DNA of 33,531 bases from Clostridia bacterium (GTDB lineage Bacteria > Bacillota > Clostridia > HGM11327). The position numbers were made by a program, and so were the translations under genes. Below are positions 18,230 to 27,600 of the stretch, one piece after another. The notes beneath the pieces are model-generated. The model was not told the origin of the DNA. It did not search any database and saw nothing but the letters and a program-made list of their open reading frames with translations. Location: assembly GCA_017935525.1 (NCBI GenBank), contig JAGBHJ010000122.1:1-33531 (forward strand). The letters are read 5' to 3'. Each line of letters begins with the position of its first letter. Position 1 is the first letter of the stretch.

Positions 18230-19348
18230 TCAGAACATATATGTCGCTATCATTCTGTCCGTCCTTGCAGGTCTGGGCATACGTTGCTCCACAGGGATCA
18301 TGGGCTCAAAGCTGTGGGGAGAATGTGGCTCCTCCTGATACCAGTACGCCGTGCAAGCCCAGTCGTCCTTTCTGTCGTTTGCCGTGCCGTGCTCCATGCT
18401 TACTCGTATCTTCTTTTCAAAAGGAATGGCGTCCGCCACGTGGAATCTGTACACACTCACCTTGCCATGACAGTTGTGGGCGCGCAAAAAGTCCTTGTCC
18501 TCGCACCATGACTCGCCGCAGTACATATGCTGGTAGCTTTGCATACCCCACGCATGGCACAGATAATCCTCGCTGCCCGTGCCGTGAAGCTCCGGCGGCC
18601 AATTTCCACCCCAATCGGGAGTGCCCTCGGGTCGGTCGATAAATATCATATCGTCGCCCTCGCCCCACCATTCGCCTGTTATATTATCAATATAAAGGTT
18701 TATACCAAGGTAATTGCCCCTGCCCTCTGCATAGAGAATGGGGAAATTGTATTTGTCCGTCTGATTACTGCCCTGCATCATCTTGTCGTACAGCTCATCG
18801 CCCGTATCGTCGGGGTTGACTGTGGGGTTGCGCCTTCTCCACGTTGCGTGAAAACGGAACGGGTCAACGTCCTCTTCGGGCATTTCCCGCCAATCCACGT
18901 AATAATATACGCTCATTCCGAGGCTCGACTGGTTTACAAGCTCTATCCTTGCATGGGACGAAAACGGCATCGGCACCCAGCTGTTGAGGGAAACACCCTC
19001 GCCCTGCCTGCGCTCATCATTCACCGTTGTGGAAAAGCATACGCTGGTATGGGTGTATGACCTTGCATGGCCTACGCCAAAAAAATCACCGACAGGCGCC
19101 TCTACGGATGGAGTCTCCTCGTTGTCCCAATACATTCTGATAAGAATGGATCTTAAATAGAACGGGTCAGGGGATGCTATTGCCATCCAGATATGCCTTA
19201 CTTCGCCTGCGGCATCCACGTCTATCAAAGGATATGTCTCTCCTGCACCTACCCCTTGCGAATCAGAGTTGCCGCCGTTTCTGTCGTAACTGCTCTCTCT
19301 GCGGGACTTAAAGTGCAGAGGGGCCTTCAAATCATCTAAATTCCTCAT
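18230..19348 (-). CDS. DUF2961 / glycoside hydrolase family 172 protein
   Basis: 372-aa ORF with the family-typical N-terminal block SSYDRNGGNSD...GEVRHIWMAI. A GAGGAGAA SD lies upstream of ATG 19348. Confidence 0.75.
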   Translation of the reverse strand: MRNLDDLKAPLHFKSRRESSYDRNGGNSDSQGVGAGETYPLIDVDAAGEVRHIWMAIASPDPFYLRSILIRMYWDNEETPSVEAPVGDFFGVGHARSYTHTSVCFSTTVNDERRQGEGVSLNSWVPMPFSSHARIELVNQSSLGMSVYYYVDWREMPEEDVDPFRFHATWRRRNPTVNPDDTGDELYDKMMQGSNQTDKYNFPILYAEGRGNYLGINLYIDNITGEWWGEGDDMIFIDRPEGTPDWGGNWPPELHGTGSEDYLCHAWGMQSYQHMYCGESWCEDKDFLRAHNCHGKVSVYRFHVADAIPFEKKIRVSMEHGTANDRKDDWACTAYWYQEEPHSPHSFEPMIPVEQRMPRPARTDRMIATYMF

Positions 19349-19383
19349 AATTTCTCCTCATTGTATTATCTTTGTCCAATGCG

Positions 19384-20736
19384 TCAATCTGCCTTATTTA
19401 TAAGATCGATGTCGCACGCCTTTACGTTGACCTTGCCCGTGTACGTTCTTGGCTCATCATCCATACTGATGCTGTTGACAATGGAAACGTTAAGGCTTCG
19501 CTTGTCCTCGCACCGTATCAGCTCCGACTCTCCGCCAAAAAACGTAGTGCCGTTGATCAGCACGTTACACACGGGGTACTCAAGCTCCGGGTAATCCAAC
19601 TGCTTCAACCATATCTTACTGTTGCCCACGGTGGAGTTGATCAGCTTGACACAGTCAAACGCCGTCTTTGATGATATCAATGCCGTGATCTCGTTTTCGC
19701 AGGTGATATTCTCAAATACCAGATTTTTCTGTACGGGCGGTTGAGAGCCGGGGTAATAGCTTCTGGAAAAGGCGTCGTCATCAAAATGTCTGGAAAGTGC
19801 GGCAGATCTCTTTTTCTGCAGGTGGATGTCACGGAAGGTTATATTCTCGCAACCGCAATTGTATATCACATCATCCTGCACCATTACCCACGGAATGCCG
19901 TCCAGCACCTCCACCCCCTCGGTGTGGGTGGGCTGTGTGTTGGAGATGTACTCCTTGCCGTCAACGGGAGTATCGCTTCTGTAAAGTCTGCCGTTGGATA
20001 CTACCGTGTCGGACCTGCGTATGGGCATACCCTGTCGCCAGTCACACCACGAGCCTGCCAGTATTCTGGCAAAAAAGCCCGTTGTATCCTTGTCGTCCAG
20101 ATCCCAGCAATCCTCTATTATGCCGTCCTTTATCCAGCCCAGCTGTGGGTTGGACGTAGTATAGTCGTGAGCATTTAATGCGATGGGGTCATCAAAGGTG
20201 CGGAATATTCCGTGACGAACCACAAATTTTTCGCCTCTGCCAAAGTGGATGGCGTCCTTCCTGCCCTCAATATGTACCCTCTCTATTACCGCATCCTCAA
20301 AGGTGCATATCTGTATGCAGAAGCTGCCCGGCAAAAGATCCATACACTCAAGGTCGTATATTCTTAACCTCTTGATGTAAAAGAACGAAACGTGGGATAT
20401 CAAGCCTACGATGGGGGAATTTCCCCTTGCCTCAATGCCGTTGCAGATAAGGTTAAGACCCCGTATTGTGATGTCGTGGTCATACTCCCTTGTAAAAGCG
20501 CCCTTATTAACAAACACGTATGCCGACACAACACCTGCGTCGGTACATTTTACTCTTTTTATATACACGCCCGGGCTGAATATTACCTCTGTATTCGATG
20601 ACAAAAATATCGTTCTGTCCAGCTCATACACACCCGGCTCGGTGACTCTTACCGTGCCGCCCTTATCGCAGAGCGCCTGCAAAGCCATGCTGTTTTCTTT
20701 GCCCGTGCTGTGGGGCGAAAGCTTGTATTCTGACAT
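19384..20736 (-). CDS. right-handed parallel beta-helix (pectin-lyase-fold, GH28-like) protein
   Basis: I trimmed the track ORF 19384..20970 to ATG 20736 (MSEYKL), which has a perfect AAGGAGG SD 5 nt upstream. The protein shows periodic beta-helix-like repeats and GH28-reminiscent blocks (GRKDAIHFG, FDDPIALNAH). Confidence 0.65.
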   Translation of the reverse strand: MSEYKLSPHSTGKENSMALQALCDKGGTVRVTEPGVYELDRTIFLSSNTEVIFSPGVYIKRVKCTDAGVVSAYVFVNKGAFTREYDHDITIRGLNLICNGIEARGNSPIVGLISHVSFFYIKRLRIYDLECMDLLPGSFCIQICTFEDAVIERVHIEGRKDAIHFGRGEKFVVRHGIFRTFDDPIALNAHDYTTSNPQLGWIKDGIIEDCWDLDDKDTTGFFARILAGSWCDWRQGMPIRRSDTVVSNGRLYRSDTPVDGKEYISNTQPTHTEGVEVLDGIPWVMVQDDVIYNCGCENITFRDIHLQKKRSAALSRHFDDDAFSRSYYPGSQPPVQKNLVFENITCENEITALISSKTAFDCVKLINSTVGNSKIWLKQLDYPELEYPVCNVLINGTTFFGGESELIRCEDKRSLNVSIVNSISMDDEPRTYTGKVNVKACDIDLINKAD

Positions 20737-20766
20737 AATTACCTCCTTAAGAGTGATATCTACTAT

Positions 20767-20795
20767 ATTATAACAACAAAGCAGGATTTTTTCAA
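20767..20795 (-). promoter_or_regulatory. promoter of the beta-helix/GH172/SGNH operon
   Basis: The minus strand reads TTGAAA (20795-20790), a 17-nt spacer, then TATAAT (20772-20767), preceded by TGt. It lies 30 nt upstream of ATG 20736. Confidence 0.65.
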
Positions 20796-20983
20796 GAGAA
20801 AAATGTTCGTGTTTTGTTCCGTCAAGTGGGGCAATACAAATTTGTCGGTATTCTCCGCAAAAATATGTTAAGAATGCAGGAACGGGCACACAACCGACCA
20901 AAAGCGTTTTCCGCAGCCACCCGCCACACACACCCAAAGCAAAAAAGCCTTGGAGCCTGTCGCGCCCCATAAAGGGGTATTAT

Positions 20984-21026
20984 AAAAGCACTCATGATAA
21001 AGAAAGTCTCTCTCATAAGTGCTTTT
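20984..21026 (-). terminator. hairpin downstream of the lipoprotein gene
   Basis: Stem GCACTCATGA (20988-20997) pairs with TCATAAGTGC (21013-21022) with one mismatch. It is flanked by A4 and T4 runs, so it could act on either strand. Confidence 0.45.
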
Positions 21027-21159
21027 GAGTATTTACATAAAGCGTCTCCCGATGTAACGAGTTACCTTGGTTTTAACGCCCCGGGTAATTCATTACGGGC
21101 ACGCTCCGGGGAAACCTCTTTATCACCCGTGTCCATCAACAAATGGGGATGACCACCTT

Positions 21160-23382
21160 TTACTTTGTTGCCCAGACTTTTGTGTAGGTCGTGTAGAAAT
21201 TGTACACGTCATTATAGCCTGCATCCTCAAGGGACTTTTTGTAAGCCTCCCAGTCGGAATCCGACTTTCTGCCCCTCAGATATTCCCTTGTAAAATCCTT
21301 TGCCAATGCGGAAAGCTGTGCGATCTTTGCTTCCATAGCTTCAGCCTCTGCCTTCTGCATTACCTCAAATGCGGAGGGTGCAAACAGCTCGTATATCACC
21401 ATGCCGTTCTTTTTGGTGTTTTCTACCAGCACATCCATTATGGGATACTGCTGTGTCTGCGACTCCGTAAAATTGTATATTGTATACTGCATGGGGAATG
21501 CGGAAACGTCAGCGAAAAAGTCTATACCGCCCGTTCTGCCGCCGTTCAATATCCACAGTCTTGTCTTTTCCGTTGCGGGATAGGGGAAAATATGGTCGTC
21601 CGTAACGTATGGACTGTGGTTTTCGTCCATGTAGTAGGACCAATTCTTTACTCTCACCCTTACCTGGGAGGTCGTACCGTCGTAATTCTCAACGGTTTCC
21701 ATGGTCCACTGCTCGCCTGCTATCCATTCGGGCTTTGTAATGTCCAGCTCCTCATAAGTCAGCTCGGGAGTCCAGTACTTGTCAAAGCCGTAAGGACTTC
21801 TCCACACACCGTCGCCTGACTTAAAGCCGTTGCACACCTGAAACAGCCATGTATAAAGGGGTGAAAGCCTTTCGAAGAATGGCTTACCTGCTCTCCACAA
21901 GGGAGCATCCAGGTCCTCCTCAGCCATATAAAAACGGTCTTCTCCGGCTGCAAATCTGATATATTCCTTACCGTCGGGACCCTCTGTCCAAACAAAATTA
22001 CCTGATTCCTCCCAGGATTCTGCAAAGGGTATGCCCTCTCTGCCGAAGATAGTCTGCAAATAACCCTTCAGATTACAGAATTTGCTCATATAATTCATTA
22101 TCCTTAAAGGAATATCGTAGCCCATTTCAGTTCTGCTTGTTACGGCACGGTTTGAAATTGCGATATAACAATAGTCAAAGCCGGACCCTGCGGAAAGCGC
22201 CGCCTTGTAGCCCTCTGCCGCAATGGGCTGGTCTATCCAATAACCTTCATTACCGACGCCAAGGTGGTATCTGTGCCATGCATCGCCGTACATCATCAGC
22301 TCGCCTATTGCCAACGACCATCTTTGGTCTGCAAGGTCACCCTTAAGTATCTCTCTGATATCATTGGCGCAATCCCAGCCTGCAATAGTGTCTTCATACT
22401 TAGAATCTGTGATAACGTATTCATTCTCTGCCAATCTCTTGACCGCCTGCAAAACCTTAAGGTATGCGTCGTCGTAGTAAGAGAACAAGGGCTTGCCGTT
22501 CATTTCCTTCCAGTCAAATGCCGTATCAAAGTCCAATCCGTAGGCATTTGCCACGGGTGTAATGATGGAATCCAGCGTCACGGTCTCCATATTGTGGATA
22601 AATCCGTAATTGTCAGGGTTTTTCTGCTTATACGCAGCCAGCGCCTCCTCAACCTGCTCCCATGTTTTGGGAACCTCCAGTCCAAGCTCATCAAGTGCCA
22701 TGTGGTTGAATATCAACGCGGACTTTTCCATCATGTACTCTGCTCTGGGCAACGCATACAGGCAACCGTCAGGCGCCAAGAGCGCTTCCTTCATCTCGTA
22801 GAAATACTCCGTATCACCGATCTTTTCGCCCCATACCCAGTTTACGTAATCCTCCAGGATGCCGCCTGCGGAAATAAAGGGGTTAAAGTCGATAAGGTAG
22901 TCCGGGCCAAGCTTTTTGAACACAGCGTCCTTACCTGTATTAAGAGCGTAGAGTGCAGGCAAAAAGTCGGGCATTGTGTTCGGGTCTGCGAATACGCTCA
23001 GCAAAGAGGAATAATACATATCTCTTTGTTCCTGTGAATACAGCGCGTCATACTGATTTATTCTGAAAACTTCGCTGTTTACAGGTGCAATCTTTGCGTC
23101 GATCTTTAAGCCGCATTCTGCCAATGTGGCTATTGCAGCACCGTCCCAAGAGGCCAGATAATTAACCGTATCGTAAATAACTATGCCCTCTAACTGGTTA
23201 AACTGGCCGTTGCTCCAATCTGCCATATCAGAGTTATCCGGCTTGACAGGTGTAGGTGTGGTTGTGGGCACTGCCGTGGGGGTTCCCTCAAGACTTGGGG
23301 AGCCACTTGGATCAGCCGCACAGCCTGTCAGCACAGCAATACAAAGCAATGATGCCAGCGCGATTCTGATAAAACTTCTCAT
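21160..23382 (-). CDS. 740-aa lipoprotein, extracellular solute-binding-protein-like (putative glycan binding)
   Basis: Signal peptide with the lipobox LTGC (Cys21), followed by a Pro/Thr-rich linker (TPTAVPTTTPTPVKP). The body resembles large family-1 sugar-binding lipoproteins. The functional label is tentative. Confidence 0.7.
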   Translation of the reverse strand: MRSFIRIALASLLCIAVLTGCAADPSGSPSLEGTPTAVPTTTPTPVKPDNSDMADWSNGQFNQLEGIVIYDTVNYLASWDGAAIATLAECGLKIDAKIAPVNSEVFRINQYDALYSQEQRDMYYSSLLSVFADPNTMPDFLPALYALNTGKDAVFKKLGPDYLIDFNPFISAGGILEDYVNWVWGEKIGDTEYFYEMKEALLAPDGCLYALPRAEYMMEKSALIFNHMALDELGLEVPKTWEQVEEALAAYKQKNPDNYGFIHNMETVTLDSIITPVANAYGLDFDTAFDWKEMNGKPLFSYYDDAYLKVLQAVKRLAENEYVITDSKYEDTIAGWDCANDIREILKGDLADQRWSLAIGELMMYGDAWHRYHLGVGNEGYWIDQPIAAEGYKAALSAGSGFDYCYIAISNRAVTSRTEMGYDIPLRIMNYMSKFCNLKGYLQTIFGREGIPFAESWEESGNFVWTEGPDGKEYIRFAAGEDRFYMAEEDLDAPLWRAGKPFFERLSPLYTWLFQVCNGFKSGDGVWRSPYGFDKYWTPELTYEELDITKPEWIAGEQWTMETVENYDGTTSQVRVRVKNWSYYMDENHSPYVTDDHIFPYPATEKTRLWILNGGRTGGIDFFADVSAFPMQYTIYNFTESQTQQYPIMDVLVENTKKNGMVIYELFAPSAFEVMQKAEAEAMEAKIAQLSALAKDFTREYLRGRKSDSDWEAYKKSLEDAGYNDVYNFYTTYTKVWATK

Positions 23383-23483
23383 AATAATTCTCCTTTTAGT
23401 TTATTGTAACGTTTCCGTTATCTATTATTATTTTAACATATAGTAATCGGATTTGTCAAGTAATTTTTTGCATTATTTTTATG
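23272..23483 (-). repeat. inverted-repeat copy A (functional promoter, leader and signal-peptide region of the lipoprotein gene)
   Basis: Its reverse complement aligns with 17245-17457. Confidence 0.85.
23430..23459 (-). promoter_or_regulatory. promoter of the lipoprotein gene
   Basis: The minus strand reads TTGACA (23459-23454), an 18-nt spacer, then TAAAAT (23435-23430), preceded by TGt. Confidence 0.6.
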
Positions 23484-23622
23484 TTTCTTGCTGATTTTTA
23501 CAAAAAATCACGGTTTTTCGTTATCTCCGCCCTTGATGGTACAAAATCATTTTCTGCGGACGGCCAATTATCCCCCCTGTTTATCCCACATCTCCCGCTT
23601 TGTATTTTATTGCCCTTCAAGC

Positions 23623-23657
23623 AAAAAACCCACTCCGACACCTACGTCGGAATGGGG
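23623..23657 (-). terminator. rho-independent terminator of the YwaF-like gene
   Basis: Stem 23629-23639 pairs with 23646-23656 (10 bp plus one mismatch) around a 6-nt loop. TTTTTT follows on the minus strand. Confidence 0.75.
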
Positions 23658-23677
23658 TAAAACTCTTAAGAATGTAA

Positions 23678-24460
23678 TTACTCTGCTTTTTTCGCCTTTT
23701 TTGCCTTTACAAATACGGGAACGTAGAACAATGCTACCAGCGACACCGCCAGCACGCCCAAAATACCCAGGTACAAATACCAATGCCACATTTCCGTCAG
23801 CTTGATGCCGTTGATGGGCACACGGAGCAAAAAGAAGAAATTGGGTATGTAGTCCACGCTCACAAGCTTGCCGTTTTCATACACGGGGGATGAGCACAGC
23901 GCATTGAGATATATGGATATCACGCTGACGGCACCCAAAATGCCCATGGATGTAAAATAATGCTTGGGGCGAATGTCCACCTCACCGCTGAGGAGTATGT
24001 AAAAGCCCAGAATTATCAGCATACTGTGGAACAAGAAATACTGGTATGCCTTGGGGTGTACAAACACCTGCTCCGGGGGAATGCCGTTTCTGAACAATGA
24101 CGGCATCAAAAGCGCAAAGATCGCACCCACTATGCAGGTGGGGTACATAAATGCCAGCACAGCCGTCCGCTTGGTGCTTGGTGACGCAAGCTTGGCGTAA
24201 AAAATAAACAGTATCTGCATAGAGCACAGATGGAACGGTAAATGCTGCAGCTCAATGTAGGGATAGACCTTTTTGCCGTTGGCAGACTCCACCATTTCCA
24301 TGGAGCTGAAAAGCTTTACAAGCTCCGAAAGCACGCACACAACGCAGGCTATGGTCAACACCGTACCCAACGGCACGTTGTACTTCCTCAACAAGTACAA
24401 GCCCACGACAACAAGGATCAGACAGATCCCCAACCAGATAAAATGATTAACGCTGAACAT
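23678..24460 (-). CDS. YwaF/TMEM164-family integral membrane protein
   Basis: 260-aa multi-pass membrane ORF with the family-typical LPFHLC block. ATG at 24460 with a GGGAGGA SD. Confidence 0.65.
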   Translation of the reverse strand: MFSVNHFIWLGICLILVVVGLYLLRKYNVPLGTVLTIACVVCVLSELVKLFSSMEMVESANGKKVYPYIELQHLPFHLCSMQILFIFYAKLASPSTKRTAVLAFMYPTCIVGAIFALLMPSLFRNGIPPEQVFVHPKAYQYFLFHSMLIILGFYILLSGEVDIRPKHYFTSMGILGAVSVISIYLNALCSSPVYENGKLVSVDYIPNFFFLLRVPINGIKLTEMWHWYLYLGILGVLAVSLVALFYVPVFVKAKKAKKAE

Positions 24461-24491
24461 CGTTAAATCCTCCCAAAAGATATGTATCTAT

Positions 24492-24520
24492 ATCTTACAC
24501 CCAAACCACCCTTTTGTCAA
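24492..24520 (-). promoter_or_regulatory. candidate promoter of the YwaF-like gene
   Basis: The minus strand reads TTGACA (24520-24515), a 17-nt spacer, then TAAGAT (24497-24492). Confidence 0.5.
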
Positions 24521-24545
24521 TAGTAAATTCTCCGATTTGGAGAAT

Positions 24546-24583
24546 AAAAACATCTCCGCAAGACATTGTGTCCTGCGGAGATA
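24546..24583 (-). terminator. rho-independent terminator of the giant surface-protein gene
   Basis: Stem 24552-24564 pairs with 24570-24582 (12 bp plus one mismatch) around a 5-nt loop. GTTTTTATT follows on the minus strand. Confidence 0.8.
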
Positions 24584-24602
24584 TATGGTTTACTTTACTT
24601 TA

Positions 24603-27600
24603 TCAATGCTTGTGAACAAACTTACGTCTCTTGGGGTCGTACACAAATGTGAGTACAAGACCAAAGAATGAAAGTATTGCAAGTATCAACCATGTGTAGA
24701 TGGGTGCTTCACCAAGCTCGGGGTCATATACGTTTACAAACTTGACCTCAACCTCGCCCAAAGCCTTGCCGTTGATCTTTGTTGTTGCTACAAGCTCATC
24801 CTCTGTCACGTCGCTTTCTGCTACCGTGATTACAACTGTGTAAACAGTCTCATCGTAGATAACATGTACGTCCTTGCCCTTAAGCTCATTCATCGTGAAC
24901 TCGTAAACACCTACCTCAAGGCCTTCCAGCGTAAACTTGAAGTTGCCCTCTGCTGTGTTTGTTACCTTCTGGATAACTTTGCCATCCTTATCCTTAAGAA
25001 CAAACTCAAAGTCGCCTGCATCAAGGCTGTTGCCCTTGAACTCCTTGATACCCTGAATCTCAACTGTGATCGTAGGCTTGGGGATCGTGGGATCGTTGTG
25101 CTTATCGTATGTGTTTTCAAATTCGATGGAGTTTGCAGAGCTGTTCTCTACGCCGTAGCTTGCCGTTGCGGAAAGCGTACCGTCAAGGTTGTCTGTAACC
25201 GTGATAATTACTGTGTACTCTCTGCCGTCATACTCAACGCCGGGCATATTGCCTTCGGTCTCTGTTACGGTGTAGTAATAAGTACCAACCTCGTCAAACG
25301 TGAGAGTTGCAAACTCAAACTTGCCCTTGCCGTCAGGTCCGGGTGCTGCGTTTGTTACCTCGTCCGTATAACCCTCGTTGTTTGCAAGAATGAACTCGAA
25401 CATATTTGCTTCAAGTATCTTGCCCACCAACGTCTTGTGACCAAACAAAGTGATCTCGGCAGGTGTTGTTGCCTTGTACTTGTTGGTAAATTCGATCTCG
25501 GTTGCTCTGTCGTTGCCTACGTAATACATAACGTCTGCGGAAAGGTTGCCCTCGCCATCATCGGTTACGCTGATCTCTACTGTGTAGATCGTTTCGTCAT
25601 AGGTCATGCCGCCAATAGTGCCGCTTACCTCGGAGATAGTCACTACAATGTCTTCAGCCTTTGTAAAGCCCAGCTTTTCGATCAAGAACTCGATGCTGCT
25701 GTCAGCGTCAATGTTCTGGAGAACGTATACGGAAGGCTCCTCACCCTCAACCTCTATCTTGAATGTGAACACGTCACTGTCAAGGAAGTGTCTGCCGAGG
25801 ATGTTCTTTGTAGCGTATATCGGCACCTCAAGGTACTTGGGTGTATATACGTTATTGAACGTAATTGCGTAAACAGGGTTATTGGGATCAAACTGCTCGG
25901 GAATGTCGATCAATGTTCTTGTTCCGTCAGCTGTCTCCTTGTAGCAGATAACCTCTGCCACACCGATCTCGCCTGTATCCACTCCGCCGATGAACTTTTC
26001 ACCAATGGTTACCTCAAAGAGGTATCTTGTCTCGTCGTAAGCAACGCCGCCAAGCTTATCCGTGGGGATCAGCTCTCTTACGATGTAGTAATACTTCTGG
26101 CCCAGGGATGCTGCCATTTCGATCTCTACGTCAAAATAACCGTCTGCATCGTTCTTGCCGGAGTCTATCATGCTGCCCTCTGTCCATGTATCGCCGTTGA
26201 CAGTTGCCTCAAATATAGCAAACTCAAACTCATTTGCCTTAAGGTCTCTGCCTGTAAGTGTCTTGATACCGCGGAGAGCCACGTCGATAGTGCTGGGGTC
26301 ATATACGTTTGTAAATTCCAGCTCTGTGCCGTTTATTGCAACGGGTGCAGGAAATGCATCGCCGTTGGCATCAACGGTCTTTTTGATCTCCATACTGTAA
26401 CCCAGAGTACCGTCCAGGTTATCAATAACCGTTATGGAGATGGTGTACTGACTTTCGTCATACTGCAGATATCTGTTTACACCCTCAAAGGAGCTTACGT
26501 ATTCCTTGACTGTGTAAACCAAAGTTCTGCCGGCGTCTTCTGCCTTAAGCTGGATGTCAAAGGATGCTTCGCCGTTATCGTCCGTTACCGCATATGTGCC
26601 AACAAGGGCGCCGCTTGCATCGTAAAGACCAAACTTAAAGCCTTCGGGTGTAACGTTATGGTTTACGCCCTGAGGATTGGAGATCAGCTTCTTGATGGAA
26701 ACAAGACCGTCAATGTCAAGATCCTCTGCATCGTACTCGTTAACAAATGCCAGCTCTGTCTTTTCTTCGTTGCCTACTGTATAGTCAACAGAAGAAGAAA
26801 GTGTGCCATCGCCGTTATCCGTTATTGTTACCACAACCGTATAAACAGTTTCGTCGTAAGTAACGCCGCCAATGTTGCCCTTAACCTCGTTTACTGTGTA
26901 AGTATATACACCTGCGTGTGTATACTGTCTGGGTGCAAACTCAAATCCTGCGATATTGTTTGCATTAGCCGCGCCGTTATCTGCTGTGTCAAGCACGGAG
27001 CCACTCAGATTCTTCAGCTGGAATGTAAACTCTCCATCCTCAAGCTCTCTGCCGATAAGCTCCTTTGTACCCTCGATCACAACGTCAATGGGCTCGGGAG
27101 TGTATGTGTTTACAAAGTCAATAACGTAAACAGGATTGTTGGGATCAAATGCACCGGGCACGTTGATCTCTGTTTGAACGGTGTTGCCGCCCTCAACTGT
27201 TTCCTTTGTTACCTTGATGGTGTTGATGCCGTAAACGCCGTCAACGTGATTCAAGGTGTAAGAAATCAGATATCTTGACGTATCGTAAGTGATATAATCA
27301 AGCTTGGTCGCAGGAATGATCTCCTCTATGATCACATAGTAGATCTTGCCCTCGTCAGGCTCAGTAGTAAGGTCAAGACGGAATTCTCCATCCTTATCGT
27401 TAAATGCTGTATCAACCGCATCGCCAACCTTGATCCATTGAGAGCCGCGAACCTCAGCCTTCCAGATACCAAACTCAAACTCGCCTGCTTCAACAGCCTT
27501 GCCGATAAGAGTCTTGTGACCCGCTACCGTGAAGTAAACGTTGGAAGGATCGTAAACGTTTTCAAACGCAACAGAAACGTTGGTGTTGTCACTGAGCACA

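Noticed and set aside
20737-20970. N-terminal extensions of the track ORFs: the beta-helix ORF from 20970, the HAD ORF from TTG 15613, the adhesin ORF from 33113, P1 from TTG 8053 and P3 from GTG 10540.
   Set aside because: The extensions run through predicted promoters or terminators and have no SD. Internal ATGs with strong SDs give N termini that align with the paralogs or with the expected family starts.
21030-21159. A GC-rich structured segment downstream of the lipoprotein gene. It contains CCCCGG...CCGGGG with a nested GTAAT/ATTAC pair, and a GTAAC-TC-GTTAC palindrome.
   Set aside because: The hairpins are irregular and have no U tract. There is no second copy in the window, and I recognise no known RNA family. 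The evidence is insufficient to call an element.
17245-23483. The inverted repeats as an active phase-variation (invertible promoter) switch.
   Set aside because: The window has no recombinase or invertase gene. The repeats are only about 85-90 percent identical. The left copy has a degraded -35 box and SD. Inversion would rejoin the gene body to an equivalent 5' end and would not switch it on or off. I kept it as a rearrangement scar or possible recombination substrate only.
24864-27278. An 804-codon open frame on the plus strand, antisense to the giant adhesin gene. Many other long antisense ORFs occur too (for example 5401-6396, 7655-8548, 8552-9304 and 27438-28439).
   Set aside because: These are shadow ORFs produced by the biased, repetitive codon usage of the sense genes (rich in GTN, ACN, GAN and AAY). 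They have no SD or promoter. Their translations are low-complexity and Cys/Val-rich with no recognisable motifs, whereas the sense-strand products are clearly homologous to known families.
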